Assembly (NCBI GenBank): GCA_965220965.1
Contig: OZ244852.1
Span: 645,141 to 709,140 of the forward strand
Length of the DNA stretch: 64,000 nt
Source: Candidatus Marinacidobacterium sp.
Lineage (GTDB): Bacteria; Acidobacteriota; Vicinamibacteria; Marinacidobacterales; Marinacidobacteraceae
Direction of reading: 5' to 3'
Both the position numbers and the translations under genes were made by a program. Below, piece after piece: positions 18,293 through 26,103 of the stretch. The notes beneath the pieces are model-generated. The model saw only the letters and a list, made by a program, of their open reading frames with translations, was not told where the DNA came from and made no database searches. The first letter of the stretch is position 1. Each line of letters starts with the position of its first letter.

Positions 18293-19558
18293 ATGGCATA
18301 TCCCGCGCCGTCCCGCAGCCGGTCCGAAGTGGACCGCGCGGGCGAGGTTCTGGCCGGGCCCAGGGACGAGGGGTGCGCTGCGGCGCGTCAGGTGGCCAGC
18401 GACTGGCGGGCCGCGCACGCCTACCCGCTGCTCGCGCTCCGGAAGCTTCTGGCGCGGAGGGCGCGCGAGGCCGACCCCGACGGCGACAGCCTGGTGGCGC
18501 TGCGACGTAACGGCCTGTTGGCGAAGTCCCGTGCAGCGCCGAGAGCGGTGAGGCGCCCGTCCGACAAGGCGCGTGAGCGAGGAATATCGGGAATATTCCG
18601 AGCGAAACGGAACGATGAGCGCCCCGAAGGGGCGCGGTTCGGGCGGGATGCATCGCCGCTCGAACGCCGCGTGACTTTGTCAATAGGCCGTTGAGCGACT
18701 GGTCTCGGTGGAGGCCAAGCTCCGGCGGTTCTCCGGGATGCGGCTCTCCCGGATGCAGGACCTCGGCGGCTGCCGCGCCATCCTCTCCGATGTGGGGAGC
18801 GTGGACCGGCTGGTCCGGATCTACGCGGACCGGCGGCAGAGCCACGATCTGGTCAGGAGCGACGACTACATCGCGGAACCCAAGGCCGATGGATACCGGG
18901 GCGTCCACCTGGTCTACCGCTACCGCTCGCGGAGCGACGCCGGCGCCGTCTGGAACGGCCTGCGGATCGAGGTGCAGATGCGCTCGAGGCTCCAGCACGC
19001 CTGGGCCGCCGCGGTCGAGACCGTGGATGCGATCCGGGGTACGCGGCTCAAACGGGGGGGCCGGGCAACGGCCGCTGGGACCGGTTCTTCGCGCTCATGG
19101 GCAGCGTCCTGGCGATCCGGGAGAGGAGGCCAGCGGTTCCGGGAACGCCCACCGCCCTCGCGGAACTCCGGGACGAGGCGACGACGCTCGAACGGGAGCT
19201 GGGGGTCATGTCCACGCTGCTGACGCTGGGCGTGGCGGTTCACCGCGTGGATCGGGTTGCTGGACTCATCAGGGACTTTCGCCGGGTGGCCGCCTGGTAC
19301 CTGCTGACAGTCGATTCCCGGACCGCCACGACCTCGGTCCGCGGCTATGGCGCGACGGCGTTCGAGGACGCGCGCGCCGAGTACCTTCGCCGCGAGGAAC
19401 AGCATCGGGACAGCCCCGGGATTCAGGTCTGCCTGGTCTCCACGACCTCCGCCGAGGCGCTGCGAAGGGCCTATCCCAACTACCATCTCAATTCGCAGGA
19501 CTTCCTGGGCGCGGTCGCCGAGCTGTACGAGCGGGGATCCCGGAGGGTTGGCCCGTGA
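18293..19558 (+). pseudogene. RelA/SpoT-domain protein (small alarmone synthetase-like), disrupted by a 193-bp insertion and a +1 frameshift in a G7 tract
   Basis: The N-terminal piece (18293-18506) carries the conserved SEVDRAGEVL and WRAAHAYPL motifs. Removing 18507-18699 restores the reading ...SLVALRLVSVEAKLRRFSGMRLSRMQDLGGCRAIL. The synthetase core GYRGVHLVYRY...RIEVQMRS..QHAWA lies in the 18708-19223 frame. The true continuation KRGGPGNGRWDRFFALMGSVLAIRE is in the 19097-19558 frame and requires one extra G in the GGGGGGG run at 19054-19060. Confidence 0.7.
18507..18694. mobile_element. MITE-like 188-bp non-autonomous insertion with 14-bp imperfect terminal inverted repeats and a 5-bp target-site duplication (GCGAC)
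   Basis: Direct repeat GCGAC at 18502-18506 and 18695-18699. Ends GTAACGGCCTGTTG and its inverse TCAACGGCCTATTG match at 11 of 14 positions. Internal palindrome GGAATATTCC. Local GC is clearly below the 70% background. Excising the insert plus one repeat copy (193 bp, 1 mod 3) restores the host ORF in frame. Confidence 0.55.
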
Positions 19559-19616
19559 ACATCGCCCGCGGTCCCGTCGTTTCGTCGGGCGTACCAGGCA
19601 TGCCGGAGGCGCGACC

Positions 19617-19898
19617 GTGAAGAGCAGGACTACGTACGAGCTGGACGCCAGGTCTGTCCGCGTGCTGAAGCGGCTCGCGCGCCGCTGGGGCGTTTCGGAG
19701 TCGGAGGCGCTTGGCCGGGCGATCCGCAGCGAGGGCTGCCGGCAGATGCGGAACGAGGACGCCATTGCCGCACTTCAGGAGCTGCAGGCCTCGCTCCGGA
19801 GGAAGGGGGTCGACGTCGCCCGGTGGGAGCGCGAGGCGCGCGAGGAGCGGCGCGCCTCTTGGGGCCCCGGCCGAGCGTCGCCGGGGCCTCCTACGTAA
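19617..19898 (+). CDS. Ribbon-helix-helix (CopG/antitoxin-like) small DNA-binding protein
   Basis: GTG start with GGAGG 8 nt upstream. N-terminal motif TYELDARSVRVLKRLARRWGVSESEALGRAI (beta strand plus two helices of an RHH fold). 93 aa. Begins 58 nt after the RelA/SpoT pseudogene. Confidence 0.5.
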   Translation: MKSRTTYELDARSVRVLKRLARRWGVSESEALGRAIRSEGCRQMRNEDAIAALQELQASLRRKGVDVARWEREAREERRASWGPGRASPGPPT

Positions 19899-19907
19899 AC
19901 GGCTCCG

Positions 19908-21107
19908 CTACTCGGGAAAGACGCTCTTCGGGATGTAGCCGGTGACGACCTGGGTGAGGTCCACGACCTCGCTCACCCGGAAGTCCACCGCGATGCTCGT
20001 GAGCGAGAGCGCCTCGGCGGGGGAGTGACCCTTCTCCTCGACGAGGAACTCCACGACTCCCCGGGTGGCCTTGACCGCCGCCCGGTCCAGATCGAGGTCG
20101 ATCCCCATGATCATGATGTGGTCGGCGTCCTCCGCGCGCGGCGCGGTGAGGGTGCGGCCCTTGTGGACCGCGAACCGGAACACCATGGACAGCGACTGCT
20201 CGATGGCGGTGCCGCTCACCTCGCCGTCACCCTGCGCGCCGTGGGGGTCCCCGGCGTAGAACAGAGCTCCCGGGTGGAAGACCGGCAGGTAGAGCGTCGT
20301 TCCCGCTTTCAGGTCCTTCACGTCGAGGTTGCCGCCGAAGAGGCCGGGAGGGCGGGAGCCCTGGACCCCGGGGACGGTCACTCCCGGTTCCCCGAGCACC
20401 GGATCGGGCGCGACCGCCAGGATGCCGGGGAAGGGCGCCAGCGGGACCTCGACGCCGTGCGGCAGGAAGGCGACCTCGCGCCCGCCGGAGAAGCCGGTCC
20501 GGATCAGATGCCGGGTTCCCGGCGGGATGTCGAACGCGGGATCTCCCGGCCGAAAGCCCGGATAGCTCTCCGAAAACACCCCGCCCCGCGCCGAGGTGTT
20601 GTTGATGCCCCAGGGAACGCGGGTCGTCACCTCGAGGATCCGGATCTCGAGAACATCTCCGGGCTCGGCGCCCTCGATATGGATCGGGCCGGTGATCACG
20701 TGGCCGCTCCGCCCCTCGCGCGGGCGATCCCCCCGGGACGCCCAGAAGTCGAGCACGTCCTGGGGGATCTCCTCGCGGGGAACGCCGAGGCCGGTGAGCC
20801 AGGCGACCGGTTCTTCGTCCTGAACTGCGCCGGCGTGGGTCAGGGTGTCCACCCGGACGGTCGCGCCGGGCTCGACCCGGAGCACCGGCTCGCGATCCGT
20901 CGGGAACCAGCCCCAGACGACGTTGTCCGGAGTCGAGGGGACGAAGTGATCCGCTTCGATGGGCGACTCGGCCGGAGGCGCCGCACTCCCGGCCTCCGCT
21001 TCGGTTCCCGGATCCGGCGCCGCACAACCGGCGAGGGCGACCAGGCATCCGGCAAGCCAGGCGGCCGCCGGGTGAAGCGATGTCCGGAATGTCAGGCGGC
21101 GTCCCAC
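19908..21107 (-). CDS. Acetamidase/formamidase (FmdA_AmdA) family protein, lipoprotein
   Basis: Lipobox LAGCAAP. FmdA/AmdA family similarity across about 400 aa (GNLDVKDLKAGTTLYLPV region). Confidence 0.8.
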   Translation of the reverse strand: MGRRLTFRTSLHPAAAWLAGCLVALAGCAAPDPGTEAEAGSAAPPAESPIEADHFVPSTPDNVVWGWFPTDREPVLRVEPGATVRVDTLTHAGAVQDEEPVAWLTGLGVPREEIPQDVLDFWASRGDRPREGRSGHVITGPIHIEGAEPGDVLEIRILEVTTRVPWGINNTSARGGVFSESYPGFRPGDPAFDIPPGTRHLIRTGFSGGREVAFLPHGVEVPLAPFPGILAVAPDPVLGEPGVTVPGVQGSRPPGLFGGNLDVKDLKAGTTLYLPVFHPGALFYAGDPHGAQGDGEVSGTAIEQSLSMVFRFAVHKGRTLTAPRAEDADHIMIMGIDLDLDRAAVKATRGVVEFLVEEKGHSPAEALSLTSIAVDFRVSEVVDLTQVVTGYIPKSVFPE

Positions 21108-21135
21108 GGCGATTCCTCCCTGGAGAGCGGGCCCC

Positions 21136-22818
21136 TCAGCGGGTCAGCCGCTCGCCGGTCATCGAGAGCGGACCCCGGTTCGGACCGGTGAAGTCGGGAC
21201 GGACTTCGGAGTCCGCCAGATCCCAGGCCAACTGGTAGACCAGGCGCACGATCCGCTCCAGCTTTTCGTACTCGATCTTTTCCGGGGTGTCGTAGATCGT
21301 GTGGTAATCGGGGTGGAGCCCGGTGTGGAAGAACAGCGCCGGAACGCCGCTCTGGAGGAAGGGCCACTGGTCGCTTCGGCGCAGCAGGTTCGAGGAGTTG
21401 TTGTCGTAGCGCATCCGCAGGTCGAGTTCGGACTCGCGGTTCGCCGCGCGGACCATGTCGGTCAGGGTCCGGCTGTAGCTGTACCCAAGGATGTTGACGG
21501 CGTTCCGGTTCGACTCGGCCGTCTGGGGCTCCAGACCCCCGAACCGGCGGCCGCCTCCCCGGCGCACCTCCTCGCTCCTCCCGATCATGTCCATGTTGAG
21601 CACGGCCACCGTGTCGGCGAGCGGATGGAGCGGGTCCTCGGTATACGCCCAGGCGCCGATCAGACCCCGCTCCTCGGAGTTCCAGGCCGCCAGCAGGATG
21701 CTCCGCCGGGGCCGTTGTCCGGCGGCGGCGGCGCGTCCGAGCGCCTCGGCGATCCCGATCAGCGCGACCGTGCCCGAGGCGTCATCGTCGGCGCCCGGAA
21801 ACACCAGGTCCCCGTCGGCGCCGTTGTGGTCGTAATGGGCGGTGAGCAGGATCCACTCGTCCGGGGTTTCGGCGCCGCGCAGGAGGCCGACCACGTTCCG
21901 GTCGGGGACGCTCGTCCGGACCACGGATGTCGCGAGCCGCACCCGCCGCCCCAGGGGGACCGCTTCGTCCATGCCGCCGTCGGCGAGCCGCCCCAGTTCC
22001 GTCAGGCTGCGACCTCCCGGGCGGAGGAGCCCGGAAGCGGTCCGGGGCGAGATCACCGCCGCCGGGATCGTCACCCTCTCCACCCACGAGGCGAGTTGAT
22101 ACCGCGGGATCCTCCGGGGCGCGTCGGGCCAGGCGCCGCGCGCCGCCGCGGAGAAGTCGAACGGGCCGGGGTGCTGGTGGACGTCCCGCACGAACAGGAT
22201 GCCCGAGGCGCCGGCGCGGGCCGCCGCCAGCGCCTTCCGCAGCGCCCGGGAGGGCTCCGAGCTGACGACGCCGTCGAACCGGCTCCCCGGGTCGTTTTCT
22301 CCCGGTTCGTGGTCCAGAACGAGGGCGATCTTCCCGGCGACGTCGACGCCTTCCCAGTCGTTCCAGCCGTAGTCCGGGGCGTCCATCCCGAACCCGACGA
22401 ACGCGACCTCGCCTTCCGCGGTGGCCGAGGGCGAAAACGCCTGCGGATAGAAGTCCTCGCCCACCTGCGCCGTCCGGGTGACCTCGCCGAGGAGATCCAG
22501 CCGGTTGGGCTCCGAGAGCGCGGCGCGCACGAGCCGATATCCGTGGAAATAGCTCCCGCCGGGCGGCGCGAGGCCGGCGCGGGCGAACCGGGAGGCGATG
22601 AACTCCGCCGCGAGCCGGTTTTCGGGCGTGTCGGTGAGGCGCCCCCGCATGTTGTCCGAGGCCAGGAAGAACAGGTCGGCCCGCAGATCGGCCGCGGTGA
22701 TGGACTCCGCCGCTGGGGCCGGCGACTGGGTTCCGGACTGGGCGAAGGCCGCTCCGGCGCCGAGCACGCCGAGAAGAACCGCTCCCCCCAGCCAGCGGTG
22801 TGACGACCGTCTGTCCAT
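21136..22818 (-). CDS. M28 family metallopeptidase with PA domain (aminopeptidase), secreted
   Basis: Signal peptide. Zn ligands in HYDH.. / DDDASG / EERGLIGAW / HTGLHPDYHT motifs. Confidence 0.85.
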   Translation of the reverse strand: MDRRSSHRWLGGAVLLGVLGAGAAFAQSGTQSPAPAAESITAADLRADLFFLASDNMRGRLTDTPENRLAAEFIASRFARAGLAPPGGSYFHGYRLVRAALSEPNRLDLLGEVTRTAQVGEDFYPQAFSPSATAEGEVAFVGFGMDAPDYGWNDWEGVDVAGKIALVLDHEPGENDPGSRFDGVVSSEPSRALRKALAAARAGASGILFVRDVHQHPGPFDFSAAARGAWPDAPRRIPRYQLASWVERVTIPAAVISPRTASGLLRPGGRSLTELGRLADGGMDEAVPLGRRVRLATSVVRTSVPDRNVVGLLRGAETPDEWILLTAHYDHNGADGDLVFPGADDDASGTVALIGIAEALGRAAAAGQRPRRSILLAAWNSEERGLIGAWAYTEDPLHPLADTVAVLNMDMIGRSEEVRRGGGRRFGGLEPQTAESNRNAVNILGYSYSRTLTDMVRAANRESELDLRMRYDNNSSNLLRRSDQWPFLQSGVPALFFHTGLHPDYHTIYDTPEKIEYEKLERIVRLVYQLAWDLADSEVRPDFTGPNRGPLSMTGERLTR

Positions 22819-22926
22819 GAGCTTCCGATCTCCTTCGGCGCGAATCAGTTATACCAGCCGCGCGGCTCGCCGGTCCCACCGCCGCGGGGGGTTCGGGAGG
22901 GTCCCCGGCGGATACGATAGGTCGCC

Positions 22927-25107
22927 ATGCCGCTCCTCGCGTCCCTCCTTCTGTTTGTCCTTTCCGTCCTCCTCGCCGTCCCGGCGGTCGCGCAGGACGC
23001 CGATCCGCCGCGCGGCTTCCTGCCCGGCCAGTGGGAGGAACAGCGCGCGATCGAGGAGCGGTTCCGGGCGGTTCCGGACCCGGCCCGGCTGCGCGAGTAC
23101 ATGGAGTACATGGCGGGCGAGCCCCACATCGCCGGCTTCGGGGGCGGCAGCCTCCGGGTGGCGGAATACGCCCTCGAGAAGTTCCGGTCCTTCGGGCTGG
23201 AGGCCGAGATCGAGGAGACCGAGGCGCTCATGCCGCTGCCGACCGAACGCTTCGTCGAGGTCGTCGGCCCCGAGCCCTACACACTCCGGCTCGAGGAGCT
23301 GGCCGTCGCGGAAGACCCGGACACTTCCGACGACGGGCTGCTGCCCACCTTCAACCCCTACGCCGCCGACGGTGACGTCCGGGGCGAAGTCGTCTTTGTG
23401 AACTACGGCATCCCCGAGGATTACGAGATGCTCGCCGAACTCGGCATTTCCGTCGAGGGGAAGATCGTCCTGGCCCGTTACGGCCGGAGCTGGCGCGGGA
23501 TCAAGGCCAAGCTGGCGCAGGAAAACGGCGCCGTTGGCGCGCTCATGTACTCGGATCCGGAGGAGGACGGCTACTACCAGGGCCTGACCTATCCCGAAGG
23601 GCCCTACCGTCCGGAGTGGGGCGTCCAGCGCGGCTCCATCCTGGACATGCCGGTTCACCCCGGAGATCCGCTGACGCCCGGCTGGGGGGCCACCGAGGAT
23701 CGCGAGAAGCTGACCCGGGAGACGGCGCGGACCCTCGTCCGGATTCCGGTGCTCCCGATCTCCTGGGGAGACGCGCTTCCGATCCTGAAGCAGCTCCGGG
23801 GGACGCCGGCGCCGAACGACGACTGGAAGGGGGCGCTCCCGATCACCTACCACATCGGTCCGGGACCGGCCGAAGTCAGGATGCGCACCGCCTACGACTG
23901 GCGGGTGCGGCCGATCTACAACGTCGTGGCGCGGATCGAGGGCTCCCACGAGCCCGACCAGTGGATCGTCCACGGGAACCACCACGACGCGTGGTGCAAC
24001 GGGGCGACGGACCCGATCAGCGGGGCGGTCCAGCTCATGGAGACCGCGCGCGGGTTCGGCGAACTCCTTCGCGCCGGGATCCGGCCGCGGCGGACGGTGA
24101 TCTTCGCGCTCTGGGACGCCGAGGAATGGGGTCTGCTGGGCTCCACCGAATGGGCCGAGACCCACCGCGAGGATCTCGGTGAGAACGGAGTCGTCTACAT
24201 CAACACCGACAGCACCGGGAAGGGCTGGCTCAGCATGGCGGGCAGCCACACCCTGCAGCGGTTCCTGAACGAGGTCGCCCGGGACATCGAGGATCCCGAG
24301 CGCGGCGTCAGCGTGTTCGAGGCCGCGCGGGCGCGGCGGCTGGAGACCGCGGCGAACCCCGATCTCCGGCGCGAGATCGAGCAGAGCGACGACCTCCGGC
24401 TGGCGGCCCTCGGCTCGGGCTCCGACTACACCGTCTTCATCGACCACCTCACCATGGCCTCGCTGAACCTCGGGTTCGGCGGCGACAGTCCGGGCGGGGT
24501 CTATCACTCGAACTACGACACCTTCCACTGGTACAACGAGTTCTCGGACAGCGACTTCGTGTTCGGTCGCGCCCTGTCGCAGCTCACCGGCACCGCGATC
24601 CTGCGCCTCGCGAACGCGGCGATCCTCCCCTTCGGCTTCACCGATCTGGCGGACGCGATGCGGGACTATGTCGGAGAGATCCGCGAGACGCACGCGGCGA
24701 TGGACACCTCGGAGGAGATCGACTTCGCCGCCCTGGAGGGCGCCCTCGATGCGCTCGACGAAGCCGGCGAGGGGTATGAGGGCGCCCTCGCGCGCCTCGG
24801 GGACGCTTCGGTGGAGGCGACGCTCGCCAACCCGGAGGCTTCGCGGCTGAACCGGCTCCTCTACACGACCGAGCGTCGGCTCGGCTCCGAGGAGGGGCTG
24901 CCCCAGCGGGAGTGGTTCCGCCACCAGGTCTACGCCCCCGGCTTCTACACCGGCTACGGCGTGAAGACGATCCCGGGCGTCCGCGAGGGGATCGAGGAAG
25001 AGGAGTGGGAGGCGGCGCGCTTCTATGTCCGCGTCGTGAGCGACGCCCTCGCCGCGCTCACCGGTCAGGTGCGCGAGGCCGAGCGGATCCTGGGCGAACT
25101 CCGCTAG
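22927..25107 (+). CDS. M28 peptidase of the transferrin-receptor / glutamate carboxypeptidase II-like (PA-M28-TfR dimerisation) type, secreted
   Basis: Signal peptide. M28 motifs (HHDAWCNGATDPISG, DAEEWGLLGSTEW, YHSNYDTFHW). C-terminal TfR-like dimerisation domain. 726 aa. Confidence 0.85.
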   Translation: MPLLASLLLFVLSVLLAVPAVAQDADPPRGFLPGQWEEQRAIEERFRAVPDPARLREYMEYMAGEPHIAGFGGGSLRVAEYALEKFRSFGLEAEIEETEALMPLPTERFVEVVGPEPYTLRLEELAVAEDPDTSDDGLLPTFNPYAADGDVRGEVVFVNYGIPEDYEMLAELGISVEGKIVLARYGRSWRGIKAKLAQENGAVGALMYSDPEEDGYYQGLTYPEGPYRPEWGVQRGSILDMPVHPGDPLTPGWGATEDREKLTRETARTLVRIPVLPISWGDALPILKQLRGTPAPNDDWKGALPITYHIGPGPAEVRMRTAYDWRVRPIYNVVARIEGSHEPDQWIVHGNHHDAWCNGATDPISGAVQLMETARGFGELLRAGIRPRRTVIFALWDAEEWGLLGSTEWAETHREDLGENGVVYINTDSTGKGWLSMAGSHTLQRFLNEVARDIEDPERGVSVFEAARARRLETAANPDLRREIEQSDDLRLAALGSGSDYTVFIDHLTMASLNLGFGGDSPGGVYHSNYDTFHWYNEFSDSDFVFGRALSQLTGTAILRLANAAILPFGFTDLADAMRDYVGEIRETHAAMDTSEEIDFAALEGALDALDEAGEGYEGALARLGDASVEATLANPEASRLNRLLYTTERRLGSEEGLPQREWFRHQVYAPGFYTGYGVKTIPGVREGIEEEEWEAARFYVRVVSDALAALTGQVREAERILGELR

Positions 25108-25161
25108 GGAACCGCCCCCGCCCGGACGCCAACTCCGCCGCGGCGCGCCTTCGCCGGGACC

Positions 25162-26052
25162 ATGAAGGGTCTCGCATTCGCGGCGATCTACCTCATCTGG
25201 GGGTCCACCTATCTGGCGATCGGGGTGGCGGTGCGCGAGGTCCCGCCCTGGATCGTCGCCGGATCCCGGTTCCTCATCGCGGGCGCCCTGGTGTACGCCT
25301 TCGCCCGCCGGACCGCTCCGGCGCTCACCCGGCGCGAGTGGCTCGAGGCCGGGTTCGCCGGGCTGCTCTTCTTCGGCGTTTCGCACGGTCTCGGCCACTG
25401 GGCGCAGGTGCGCGTCCCCTCCGGGATTACGGCCGTCCTGATCGCGACGGTGGGGCTGTGGATGCCGGGGCTCGAGGCGCTCTTCGTGACCCGACGCCCT
25501 CCGGCGGCGATCACCGCGGGATGCGCGCTCGTCGGCTTCGCCGGGGTCGTGGTGCTGCTCGCGCCCTGGTGGCCGGGGGCGGCGCTCGACCGCTCCGGCG
25601 TTGCGGCGATCCTGCTGGCGCCAGTCGCCTGGTCCGTCGCGAGCCTCTGGTCGCGCCGCCCCACGATGCCTACCCGGCTGCTCTCCTCGGTCGGAGCCCA
25701 GATGCTGGTGGGCGGGGCCGCGCTGCTCGTCCTCGCCACCCTGACGGGGAGCTGGGCCGATCTGGATCCGGGGGCGATTCGTCTCCGGGCGGTGGTCGCC
25801 TGGCTCCACCTGCTCATCTTCGGCTCGATCGTGGCGTTCCTCGCCTACCAGTACCTGCTGCGGCGGGTGCGGCCCGCGCTCGCCGCGACCTACGCCTTCG
25901 TCAACCCGCTGATCGCCGTTCTGCTCGGCGCGCTCGTTCTCGGCGAGGAGCTCTCGCCCCGCGTCGCCATCGCCACGGTTCTCATCGTCACGCCGGTCGC
26001 CGTCCTCCAGATCCGCGAAATCCGGCGTCCCCGCGGTCGCGCCGAGCTCTGA
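25162..26052 (+). CDS. EamA/DMT family transporter
   Basis: Ten predicted TM helices, duplicated EamA halves, 296 aa. Confidence 0.8.
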   Translation: MKGLAFAAIYLIWGSTYLAIGVAVREVPPWIVAGSRFLIAGALVYAFARRTAPALTRREWLEAGFAGLLFFGVSHGLGHWAQVRVPSGITAVLIATVGLWMPGLEALFVTRRPPAAITAGCALVGFAGVVVLLAPWWPGAALDRSGVAAILLAPVAWSVASLWSRRPTMPTRLLSSVGAQMLVGGAALLVLATLTGSWADLDPGAIRLRAVVAWLHLLIFGSIVAFLAYQYLLRRVRPALAATYAFVNPLIAVLLGALVLGEELSPRVAIATVLIVTPVAVLQIREIRRPRGRAEL

Positions 26053-26103
26053 CCCGCGCGCCGCGCTGATCCGCGCGCCGAAAGCTAGGATCCGCGCCGG
26101 TTC

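Noticed and set aside
14863-18510. 1139-aa plus-strand ORF (15091..18510) and 838-aa minus-strand ORF (15902..18418) overlapping the FtsX permease gene
   Set aside because: Translations are low-complexity R/G/P/A strings. The 14810..18253 frame has TM helices and FtsX architecture.
18691-19620. 309-aa plus ORF across the RelA/SpoT region
   Set aside because: It is the third frame, a G/R/P/T-rich translation. The real protein is split between the other two frames.
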